Shown in pieces: positions 11,119 to 20,179 of a DNA stretch of 64,000 nucleotides (position 1 is its first letter; each line of letters opens with the position of its first letter). The position numbers and the translations under genes were made by a program. The notes below the pieces were generated by a model. That model was not told where the DNA came from, ran no database searches, and saw only the letters and a program-made list of their open reading frames with translations. Origin of the DNA: Alphaproteobacteria bacterium (GTDB lineage: Bacteria > Pseudomonadota > Alphaproteobacteria > SHVV01); contig OZ253470.1 in assembly GCA_965261735.1 (NCBI GenBank), positions 1,600,001 through 1,664,000 on the forward strand, in the 5' to 3' direction.

Positions 11119-11240
11119 CAGATAGGCTTCCTGGAAGAGCTCGAAGAACTGCGCCGGCTTGCCGTTCAGCGACGGAATGTCGGCCGACAGCACCCGCGAG
11201 ACCGCGCCCGCGCTGTTCAATGCCCGCACCGTCGCTGACA
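11119..11240 (-). pseudogene. Probable pilus secretin fragment
   Basis: LSATVRALNSAGAVSRVLSADIPSLNGKPAQFFELFQEAYL resembles the secretin conserved segment; lies beside the pilus ATPase fragment. Confidence 0.5.
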
Positions 11241-11832
11241 GTGCAGGAACATGTTCATCCGCGCCAGCGCCCAAGTAGCGACGTCCATTTCCTGGCCGTA
11301 GACTGTGATGCCGCGCGGCGCTTGGTCGGCAGCCTTGAGGAGTAGCGAGCCGGAACCGCAGGTGGGATCGTAGATGGTCTGGTCTTGGCGTGTGTCGGAG
11401 CCGATGCCGACCACCTGCGCCATGATGCGCGAGACCTCCGCCGGAGGTGTAGAATTGTCCCTTGCTCTTGCCGCTCTCGGTCGCGAAATGGCGCATCAGA
11501 TATTCGTAGGCATCGCCCAGGAGGTCGTCGCCTTCGGCACTGTTGGCGCTGAAGTCGAGGCCGTCGAAGATGGCGACCAGTTTCGAGAGCCGATCCTGCA
11601 TCTCCTTGCCCGTACCGAGCTTGCTCTCGTCATTGAAGTCGGCTTGGTCGATGACGCCCTTGAGATCGTTGGCCTCGGCGAGGAGGCCGATGATCTTATT
11701 GATCCTGTCGCCGATCTCCTTGTCGCCCTTGGACTTCACCATGTCCGCAAAGCCGCCGCCGGCGGGTACTTCGATCAACGCTCCGGGCTTGCCGGCGTAC
11801 TTGTCTGATACGTATTTCGTGAACAAGATCAT
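11241..11832 (-). pseudogene. hsdM: Type I R-M methyltransferase HsdM internal fragment, frameshifted
   Basis: LFTKYVSDK, DLLGDAYEYLMRHFATESGKSKGQFYT, then +1 shift to IYDPTCGSGSLL, YGQEMD, LARMNMFLH. Confidence 0.9.
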
Positions 11833-12232
11833 TCACACGCTTCACCACGCCCTGCGCAACCCGCAGCAACGCGGCGACGAGTTGTTCGTCTACGTCCATC
11901 GCGCCTTCGTACTCGGCAAGATTGCGCTTGCGGTGGGCCTGGTCCAGCACTCGCCACTGTTCCTGAGGCAGGCCGATGGTGTGCTGCAGGCATTGAAAGA
12001 CCAGATAGCGCGAATCGGAGCGATAGCCTTGCGCCCGCAAGGCCGCGAGCGCCAGCGCATGGGCCGCGTTGTAGCCGAGGTCGAAGCGGCTCTCCAGGCT
12101 CAACTCCTTGCGCTCGGCATCTTCCAGACGGCGCTCGCCCGAGCGCAACAGGCCCTCGATCTCCCCCTCCGCGGCCGGCTCCGTCTTGAGTTGGCCGATG
12201 CGCACCAGGTTATCGAGCTGCGGATGCGTCAT
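11696..12232 (-). CDS. HEPN-like protein (partner of MNT); natural stop lost, reads into hsdM remnant
   Basis: SRFDLGYNAAHALALAAL...GYRS...HRKRNLAEYEG; overlaps the MNT gene. Confidence 0.65.
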   Translation of the reverse strand: MTHPQLDNLVRIGQLKTEPAAEGEIEGLLRSGERRLEDAERKELSLESRFDLGYNAAHALALAALRAQGYRSDSRYLVFQCLQHTIGLPQEQWRVLDQAHRKRNLAEYEGAMDVDEQLVAALLRVAQGVVKRVNDLVHEIRIRQVRRQARSVDRSTRRRRLCGHGEVQGRQGDRRQDQ

Positions 12233-12884
12233 CTTCTCTTCCAATGAGGACCAGATGTTCGCCAGCGAGCACGCGGCTCAGGAATGTGTTTCCGGCCGAT
12301 CGACGCGCGTTGAACTCCTGCACCGTGTAAAGCGTGGGGCTGATCTTGCGGTCCAGGTTCGTCTCCACCGGCGCGAGCGCTGTGTAGAGTTCTTCCAGCA
12401 TCACGCCGTCGGCGGTGACGAGCAGATCGATGTCGCTGGCTGCCGTATCCGTACCATGCACGACAGAACCGTAGATCATGGCCAGCTCGATGCGGTCGGC
12501 GAGCGGGTCCAGCGCCTGCCGGATCGGCTCAACCATGGCGACTGTCTTGCGTACGATGCCGATTAGTTCGTGATACACGGGACAATCGGGATTGGCCTGG
12601 TAATGCTTCTGCGTTCCGATATAGGTAACGCTCACCAGACCGCTCGACGCGAAGCGCTGGAGTTCGCGCTGCACGGCCCCGGAACCGGATCCGGTCAGCC
12701 CGATCAACTCGCTGGCAAAAAAGCTTCGGTTGGGCTGGCCGAACAGTAGGGCTAGAACCCGCTGCTGGGTTGTGGTGAAAAGCGCATCGGCGAGACCGGT
12801 GGGTGTGCCGACATGCTTGGCCGCCGCCTTGCGGCGGGCCGGTCGAGACAGGCGTGTTGGAGTTTGTGTACTCATAACAGGCAT
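12210..12884 (-). CDS. HTH plus minimal nucleotidyltransferase (MNT) antitoxin-like protein
   Basis: LADALFTTTQQRVLALLFGQP HTH region; IYGSVVHGTDTAASDIDLL nucleotidyltransferase motif. Confidence 0.82.
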   Translation of the reverse strand: MPVMSTQTPTRLSRPARRKAAAKHVGTPTGLADALFTTTQQRVLALLFGQPNRSFFASELIGLTGSGSGAVQRELQRFASSGLVSVTYIGTQKHYQANPDCPVYHELIGIVRKTVAMVEPIRQALDPLADRIELAMIYGSVVHGTDTAASDIDLLVTADGVMLEELYTALAPVETNLDRKISPTLYTVQEFNARRSAGNTFLSRVLAGEHLVLIGREDDASAAR

Positions 12885-12976
12885 TTTAATGCTCGATTTG
12901 GGTAATGTGCAATGATGATTCCGGTTTTGCCTGTGCTCCGGGACCCCGCGACCATTGGTGACGATCGCCGCCGCCT

Positions 12977-13380
12977 TCACATCCGCCTCAAGGTCCAGAG
13001 GACCTTTCCGACGATGTGGGCGTCCTGGGCGAGGCATGTGTAGGGCTCGTACGCGGGGTTGGCGGAGATTAGCCTGAGCCTGGGCGGCTCGGTGTTGGGC
13101 AGAACTTCGACCCGCTTGACCACGAGGCCGGTGCCGTCCCACAGCACCGCCGTCTCGCCGGTGCCGGGGGCGCGGCGGGTAACGTCGACCAGCAGCCGGT
13201 CGCCGTCGGAGACCAGAGGCTCCATGGAGTCGCCGCGCGCGCGCAGGACACGGAGATTGCCGGGTTCGGCGTCGCCCTCGTGACGGATCATGCCCTCGGG
13301 CAGGTACCAGCGCGCTTTCTCGGTGGCGAATTCCTCGCCTGCCGCCCCCGCCCCGGCGGCGGCCTCGACCGCCATCTCGG
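12977..13380 (-). pseudogene. S24 peptidase domain of a phage-repressor-like regulator (N-terminus lost)
   Basis: AIPEMAVEAAAGAG, ARGDSMEPLVSDGDRLLVD, LVVKRV, LISANPAYEP. Confidence 0.8.
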
Positions 13381-13534
13381 GGATAGCGGCGAGTGGAGCG
13401 CCGGGAAGAGCGGCCGGCGGGGTGCGCCGCCCACAGTCATCATCCGGGAGTTTGCCGGCGCGGCAAACTCCTCCTTGTCCCCGATCATAGTCAACCCGTC
13501 GAAGCGATGGCAAATTTGACGCAGTCGCCGACCG

Positions 13535-13708
13535 GGGATGAGGAATGGGCTGTCCAGAGAGCCGGTTACATGACACTCGAATCCATTGCTCCGGTGAGCG
13601 ACATTGACTCCATAGAGCTGCCCGCAGTGGGAGACTGAGCGTCCGAGCCCAGACCGCCGGAAACCTTGTAGAGTGCAACGCTCCCACACCACTCCCGGGG
13701 ACACGATC
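13535..13708 (+). mobile_element. IS256-family 3' remnant with IR
   Basis: [22 protein letters not shown]...LPAVGD*, then CACCACTCCCGGGGACACGATC. Confidence 0.8.
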
Positions 13709-13874
13709 CCGTCGTATGGCGAGACAAAGTCAGCGGACACTAGAAATCTACAGCCAGCATAGGGAACTTCGAAGAATATTGCCGGTGACCTGTCCTCTTC
13801 ATCGCCCTCTCGCCCAAGAATCCAATCAATCCAGGCAACCACACTCGGCGTACCCATAAGGGCGAAGTTGGAAC

Positions 13875-14904
13875 CTTGCCTATCCGGTTTACACCCACAC
13901 CCACTAGGGCTAGAATGGGCGCAACCCGGATATAGGGGAGCGCGCCATGGATGTTCTCGACCGCGCCGATCTCCCATTCCCGCATTCGCTACCCGAGTTC
14001 CAGCGACTTTTCCCCGATGATGCGGCCTGCGCCGCCTACCTGGAGAAAGCCCGCTGGGGAGACGGCTTTGCCTGCCCGCACTGCGGCACGGCGGGAGAGC
14101 CGTTCCACTTTGAAAACCGCCCTGGCGTCCTGCGCTGCCGCAAGTGCCGCCAGAACACCGGGCTGACGGTGGGAACAGTGATGGAGCGTAGCCACACTCC
14201 GCTGAACGTCTGGTTCTGGGCCGCTTATCTGGTCGCCAGTCAGACGCCCGGCATGTCCGCCGTGCAGTTTCAGCGGCAACTTGGTCTTTCGCGCTACGAG
14301 ACGGCCTTTCAAATTCTCCACAAGCTCCGCTCGGGCATGGTGCGGCCCAACCAAGACAGGATCGGTGGACAGCCCAAGAACCATGTTGAGGTGGACGAAA
14401 CCTGGGTTGGCGGGCGAACGCGTGGGGAAGGCCGTGGTGTTCACCACAAGGTTCCCGTCTCCTGTGCCATCGACGTCGTGCTCGACCGTAGCGCCGAGTC
14501 GCTCTGTGGGTTCGTCGAGAGCACCGTCGCGCCAGGATCGCTGATCGTTACTGACGATTGGAGCGGCTATGCTGGCCTCGGTAAGCGCGGCTATGAGCAC
14601 TTCGCTGTTGCCGAGTGTGGTGATCCAGAGGTTGCCGAGCAATACCTGCCGATCATCCATCTGGTTTTCGCCAACCTGAAGACGTGGCTGATCGGTATCC
14701 ACCACGGCGTTAGCCACCAGCACCTACAAGCCTACCTCAACGAGTTCACCTTCCGCTTCAACAGGCGGTTCTACCCGTTCAACGCCTTCCGCTCATTGCT
14801 CGGCATCGCGGGCGACACCTCTGCTCCAACCTATGCCGAGCTTTACTCGGGAGAGTGGCGGCACCCTACATGTAGCGGTCATGGGCGTTAACCGGATAGG
14901 CAAG
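13875..14904 (+). mobile_element. IS1595 copy 2 (transposase 13947-14891 with 75-bp in-frame deletion)
   Basis: Both IRs present; 8-bp TSD GTTGGAAC at 13867-13874 and 14905-14912. Confidence 0.95.
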
Positions 14905-14999
14905 GTTGGAACGATGACTTGCCAACGCGAGTGAAGTTGGCGTTGCCTCCGGGTTGTATTGTCGGTCCCGATCCAGAAGTACCTTTTTTCGTTCCGCTC

Positions 15000-15047
15000 G
15001 GCTTTGCGCGAAAAGCTCGTCAAGATCGGCGCGAAGATCGTCCGCCA
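15000..15047 (+). pseudogene. Tiny IS1380-like transposase remnant
   Basis: LREKLVKIGAKIVRH, matching the remnant at 63022-63200. Confidence 0.55.
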
Positions 15048-15909
15048 CTGGCAACTGCGTCCCCTTGACAGCATCACCCGGCGGGACGTGGAGGATCGTT
15101 TCAGCCGCCTCACGGAAGATCACGGCTGGGCCTGCGCCAACCGGGGAATATCGCTCCTGGGTTCGATATACCGTCGGCCATGCGTCGATTTCGAGGGCCT
15201 GCGCAACCCGGTCGAGCTGTGGCGCGCCGGAGGCGGCAAGTATCATCGCCCGAAACGGCGCAAGATCTCCGCACCCGCCGAGGTGCTGCCGCGCTGGCGG
15301 GCGGGCATCGAAGCGGTGGTGGCGACGCCGAAGGTCCGGGATGCATTCTGGTTCGGGCTCTATACGGGAATGCGCCTCAACGAGGTGCTGTCCCTGCAGT
15401 GGGAACGAGTGGACATGGCGGGGCTTGTCTTCCGGGTCGAGGAGACCAAAACCGGTGAGCCCCTGGAACTGCCCATCACCCGGCAACTGGCGGCCATCCT
15501 CGAACGCCGCAACCGGGAGAGCGAAACGCTACCGGGCGATCTTCGCGGCTGGGTGTTCCCGTCCTCAGCCAGAGCAGGCCACATCTCTGACCTCAGTCAA
15601 TTCTATGCGCGAATCGGAACGGCGGGCGGTGCGAAGTTCTGGTACCACGCACTGCGGAATTGTTTCATTACCGTCGCCGAGCGCGACCTGCTGCTGCCGC
15701 TGTCCTTGACCAAACGGCTTGTCAACCACGCCCGGCCCAACGACGTCACCGAGGGCTACGCCGCCGACTGGATAATCGGGCAACTGCGGGAACCGGCGCA
15801 GCGCATCGCGGATCGGATCGAGGCACTGATGAACGATTGCCCGGCCAAATCGGCCACGGCAAGCTCCATCGGCAGGCCCCGCGTGCCGCACTGGATCAGT
15901 CCGGAATGA
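15048..15909 (+). pseudogene. Tyrosine recombinase, 5'-truncated paralog of the next gene
   Basis: YTGMRLNE, ETKTG, YHALRNCF, LVNHARP, VTEGY catalytic motifs. Confidence 0.85.
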
Positions 15910-17189
15910 CGAAACCCTCCGGAAAACGTATCGCGCTGAACAAGCTGTCCTTGACCAAACGCACTGTCGAGGCGCTGAAGCCCGCCGCCAAGTCCTGGAT
16001 CGCCTGGGATGACACCTTGACCGGGTTCGGGGTCCGGGTGCAGCCCACAGGCCTCAAATCCTACATCGTCAACTACCGCGCAGGCGACGGTGGACGAAAG
16101 GCGCCCAACAAGCGCGTCGTTCTTGGCCGCCACGGCGGGATAACGGCAGCGCAAGCCCGGCATATGGCGCAGCGGGTGTTGCGTGAAGCCGCCACCGGCG
16201 ACGGTCCGGCGGGCGGGCGCGCCGAGGCGGGCGGCATGCCACTGCTCGAGCAAGCCTTCGATGACTATATGGCGGTCAATCCCAAACGAACCACGCGCAC
16301 CAATAAGCACTATCGCAACATATTCGGCTATCTCGCCGACTGGCGCATGCGTCCGCTCGACGCCATCGGCCGCCGGGATGTAGAGGACCGTTTCAACAGC
16401 CTCACCCGGAATAACGGTTGGGCGCCGGCCAACATGTCGATATCGCTCCTGGGTTCAATCTATCGCCGGCCCTGCGTCGATCTCGAGGGCCTGCGCAACC
16501 CGGTCGAGCTGTGGCGCGCCGGCGGCGGCAAGTATCATCCCCCGAAGCGGCGCAAGATCTCCGCTCCGGCGGAGGTGCTGCCGCGCTGGAAGAAAGGCAT
16601 CGAGGCGGAGGCCATCGCGCCGGTTGCCCGGGACGCGTTCCGGTTCGGGCTGTATACCGGCATGCGCCTGAACGAGGTGTTGCCGCTTAGGTGGGAGCGC
16701 GTGGACATGACGGAGCTTGTCTTCCGCGTTGACGAGACCAAGACCGGGGCGCCCCTGGAACTGCCTATTACCCGGCAACTGGCCGCCATCCTCGAACGCC
16801 GCCGGGCAGAGATCGGGACCCTGCCGGGCGGGCTTCGGGACTGGGTGTTCCCGTCCTCCGCAAGCGCCTCGGGCCATGTCGTCGACCTGGCTCATTTCTA
16901 CGGGCTGATCGGCGAGACGGGCGGCACGAAGTTCTGGTACCACGCTTTGCGGAATTGTTTCATCACGGTGGCAGAGCGCGACCTGCTGCTGCCGCGCACT
17001 TTGACCAAGCGGCTGGTCAACCACGTCCGGCCCAACGACATCACCGAGGGATACGCGGCCGACTGGACCATCGGGCAACTGCGCGAACCCGCGCAGGGCA
17101 TCGCCGACCAGATCGATGCCTTGATGAACGCACCCGTAGCGGCTGCTCCGGCAAACTCGCTAAAGGTGGGAACAAATCATCAAATGTAG
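15906..17189 (+). CDS. Tyrosine integrase with N-terminal arm-binding domain
   Basis: ATG 15906 (ATGA overlap); LTKRTVEAL...WDDTLTGFGVRV; R-K-HxxR-H-Y motifs intact. Confidence 0.9.
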   Translation: MTKPSGKRIALNKLSLTKRTVEALKPAAKSWIAWDDTLTGFGVRVQPTGLKSYIVNYRAGDGGRKAPNKRVVLGRHGGITAAQARHMAQRVLREAATGDGPAGGRAEAGGMPLLEQAFDDYMAVNPKRTTRTNKHYRNIFGYLADWRMRPLDAIGRRDVEDRFNSLTRNNGWAPANMSISLLGSIYRRPCVDLEGLRNPVELWRAGGGKYHPPKRRKISAPAEVLPRWKKGIEAEAIAPVARDAFRFGLYTGMRLNEVLPLRWERVDMTELVFRVDETKTGAPLELPITRQLAAILERRRAEIGTLPGGLRDWVFPSSASASGHVVDLAHFYGLIGETGGTKFWYHALRNCFITVAERDLLLPRTLTKRLVNHVRPNDITEGYAADWTIGQLREPAQGIADQIDALMNAPVAAAPANSLKVGTNHQM

Positions 17190-17289
17190 CGCGAGTTCCA
17201 CTTCGGCGAGGCCCTGGCTCGGGGCGCCGAGACGGTGCCGGTCACGGGGCTGGAAGTTCTGGCCTCGGCCAAGCGCGTCGAGGGCAATC

Positions 17290-17577
17290 CACATGTCATA
17301 GTTGGGACCGCCGAGGGGGGCGCATCTTACAGACCTTAAAGAGCCCTGGCGGCGCGTGCGGAAGGCGGCGGAGCTCGACGATGTGCGGATCCACGATTTA
17401 AGGCATTCGTTTGCCTCGGAGGCGGTGATGGGGGGCGAGAGCCTGCCGATGGTGGGTCGAATCCTCTGCCACACCCAGGCTCAGACCACCGCCCGGTACG
17501 CCCATCTCGCGGACGATCCCCTGCAGAGGGCGTCGGAACGCATCGCGTCCTCTCTCAAGCAAGCCATGGATGGGTGA
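17290..17577 (+). pseudogene. Tyrosine integrase C-terminal remnant
   Basis: PWRRVRKAAELDDVRIHDLRHSFASEA...LCHTQAQTTARYAHL. Confidence 0.85.
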
Positions 17578-17704
17578 AGAGCGAGGCCACCCGGGCTCCG
17601 AAACGAGACTTGTTGTTCGGAGCTCGGCATGACATCGCGGCATAACCTGCACGGCCATTCATCGTGCACGCCGTGAGACTTCATCGCAAGGCGCGCATCC
17701 GGCC

Positions 17705-18511
17705 TCAGAACCCGTAGCGCAGAGACAGGCGGAGACCATGGCTCCTCAACTTTGCCCGCGTCGGGGCGAGCTTGAGCGGCAGCGGCTCCCGGCTCCCGTC
17801 CCGCCAGACGACCCGGCCTCTGCCTTCGCCGGTCTCGACCGGGCCGAGATCCGTGTAACGCCAAGCGAGTTCGAGCGTCGTGTTGTCACCCAGAGATGTC
17901 GCGACCCCCGCCGTCAGCATCCAGGCGAGGTTGACACGACGCGCGCCCGGAACGATGGTCGTCGTCCTCGGAAACGCCATGCGGGTTTCTCCGATCTCGA
18001 CCCGGACGGCTCCGGCGCCGCCTCCGAGAAACGGGCTGAAACGACCCAGCCTCGGCACGCCCAGTTCCGGCAAGTCCACGTAAGCGGCCAGCATGCCCGA
18101 CAGGGAGGACAGGTCCGCCGAGACCGACTGTCGACGCGCGGGATCCAGGAAATTGGCGCGGCCATCGAAAGCGAAGCGCGGCCGGTATCCGACTAGGACT
18201 TCGACCCGCGTGGCGCGCGTGAGTATATGGCCGACCCCGAACTCAACGCCGGCCACCGTCCCAAAATCGCCTAGCGAACGCAGAGGCGCACCGTCGCCGC
18301 CCGTGCCGCAGCCATACAGTGCCGCCCGAGAAACGCTTGAACAATCCTTGTCCATGAACCGGGTCTCGGCGGGGCGGTCGAAACCAATCCCGGCTCGCAG
18401 ATAGACGTCGTCCGCGATCCCGACCCCTGGGACCATGGTTGCCGCGATACCGACCAGGGTCGCCGCCAAATGGAGGCATTTCACCCGCAACGGCGCCGTG
18501 CATGCCAGCAT
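17705..18511 (-). CDS. Outer-membrane beta-barrel protein (opacity/Ail-like); start uncertain
   Basis: Signal-like LAATLVGIAATMVPGVGIA, amphipathic strands (YLRAGIG, AYVDL, PFLGGGAG, LELAWRYTDLG), terminal LRYGF. Confidence 0.75.
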   Translation of the reverse strand: MLACTAPLRVKCLHLAATLVGIAATMVPGVGIADDVYLRAGIGFDRPAETRFMDKDCSSVSRAALYGCGTGGDGAPLRSLGDFGTVAGVEFGVGHILTRATRVEVLVGYRPRFAFDGRANFLDPARRQSVSADLSSLSGMLAAYVDLPELGVPRLGRFSPFLGGGAGAVRVEIGETRMAFPRTTTIVPGARRVNLAWMLTAGVATSLGDNTTLELAWRYTDLGPVETGEGRGRVVWRDGSREPLPLKLAPTRAKLRSHGLRLSLRYGF

Positions 18512-19081
18512 GGCAGATGGAGAGCCGGTACTGTCTTTCATGCTCGACGGGCAATCGCGACCGCCAGCTCGCATCGATCTGCTTTGCATGATCGTGGTGA
18601 GTGCCTTCGGCATTCGCCTGTGGCGCAATTCAGGCAATTCCTGGTGATTGTTCAAATTGGCTCGGCGCACGGCCATCCTTTCCAGTCTGCTGACTTCTTC
18701 CGATTTGCACCCGCAAGCTTGTTCGATTCCTACGGGCGCAGTTTCGTGACGCGGCCTCTATCTAGCGCGGCGGATCATCGCGGGGATATAGAGAATATTG
18801 TTCGGTTCGTCACGTCTAACGACGGCGTCGGGGCCGAAGACGGAATTCTGGCCCGTGACACGCCCGCAAGCTGCTCAAAGCGCTCTGGCGGTTCTCGAGA
18901 CCGGCCTCGTGCCGACTGGCGCCACGCTCGCCTGATCGCGAGACCGCGCTGTTCCAGACCGGCCGGACGCGGTCGGGGCTGGGCCGGGTGGCGTGTGGCC
19001 GAGCCTCTGACGGGCAGAAAGACGCCGACTGAGAGATGGGCCCCGCCTCCGGAACGCTGCGCCCGCAGCAAGCGGGATCGG

Positions 19082-19371
19082 TGTAGGTGACGGTCAAAAA
19101 CTGCGCTTATTTGCTGAAACTAGATGTGGCACTGGACAAGGGAGATTCGGTTGATCCTGCGAATCTGGTCGCGACAGCCGGAAGTCCCCTTCCGGCCATG
19201 GAAAGCCCATTGCACCTGGGGTTGCGGCGCGTCACCCGAAGGGCCGTAGCGAAGCGAAGAAGCCGCGAAGCGGCTTGGCGCGTCGTGGCGCCAGGTGCCC
19301 AGTCATACATCTAGTGGCTGGCGGCCCAGCGGACTTCAGCAAATAAGCGCACTTTTGCACCGTCGCTAACA
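19082..19371. mobile_element. 290-bp non-coding element with long TGT...ACA inverted repeats
   Basis: TGTAGGTGACGGTCAAAAACTGCGCTTATTTGCTGAA versus rc TGTTAGCGACGGTGCAAAAGTGCGCTTATTTGCTGAA. Confidence 0.7.
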
Positions 19372-19413
19372 CGAGGGATGGTTCCGGCGCTCCGTCGCCG
19401 AAAAACCTCCCGG

Positions 19414-19573
19414 ATAAGAGTTGGGTATGCGCACAAGCGCGACCGATGCGAAAAGCGTTCCGACCTGGCCACAAGGCAAACCAACCGTCAATCCGACCAA
19501 CCCAGAAAGCGAGTTCGCCATGCAGTAAACCCAACCAACTTCTCCGCTTGACTGCGTGTGCCCTCATAAGAGT
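19414..19573. repeat. ATAAGAGT direct repeats enclosing sub-terminal inverted repeats (IS110/IS1111-like mini element)
   Basis: DR at 19414-19421 and 19566-19573; GGGTATGCGCACAAGCG / CGCTTGACTGCGTGTGCCC. Confidence 0.5.
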
Positions 19574-20067
19574 CCGAGCTTGGCCGGGAGGCGGGCGGCG
19601 GATGGACACCCGAGAGAGCGCCCCCGCCGTTCGCAACCACAGACCCACGGGAGACGGCACAAATGCAGATGGCCACAATGCTACGCCGCAGCACGCGCAC
19701 TTTCCTCACACACTTATTCGGCCCGGGCCTCAATGACGACCGCTACGTGATTGAGCGGTTCCAGTCGAAGGCCGACGGCGAGATCCTCCCCCGGCACGGC
19801 AAAGGGGCCTCGAAGAAGGGCCGGGGCAAGGCTTCCCGCGAGATCGTCTCCCTGAGCACCGTCCAGCGGATGAGGCCCGAGCGCGACGAGATCATCATCT
19901 GCACGGGCCTCAACTGCTCCAACCTCGGCGTTCAATATTGGGGTAATCGAGCGGTGGGCCTGTTCGTAAACGCCAAATATCGCTGACCTGCGGTCGCCGG
20001 GGACGTCCGGCAGGGCTTCGCCGGCCGGACGTCCTTCGCCGGGACTACAACCGCGGAAGGAAGGAAC

Positions 20068-20179
20068 ATGCCATACAAAGATCCCGAGAAAGAACGCGCA
20101 TGCGGGCGTCGGCGTTATGAACGCATCACCGCCGAGCGGATCGCCCGCGGCATGTGTCCGAGGTGCGGGAAGTCGAGGC
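20068..20179 (+). pseudogene. N-terminus of a CxxC-containing hypothetical protein cut by IS256
   Basis: AAGGAA RBS; MPYKDPEKERACGRRRYERITAERIARGMCPRCGKSR. Confidence 0.55.
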
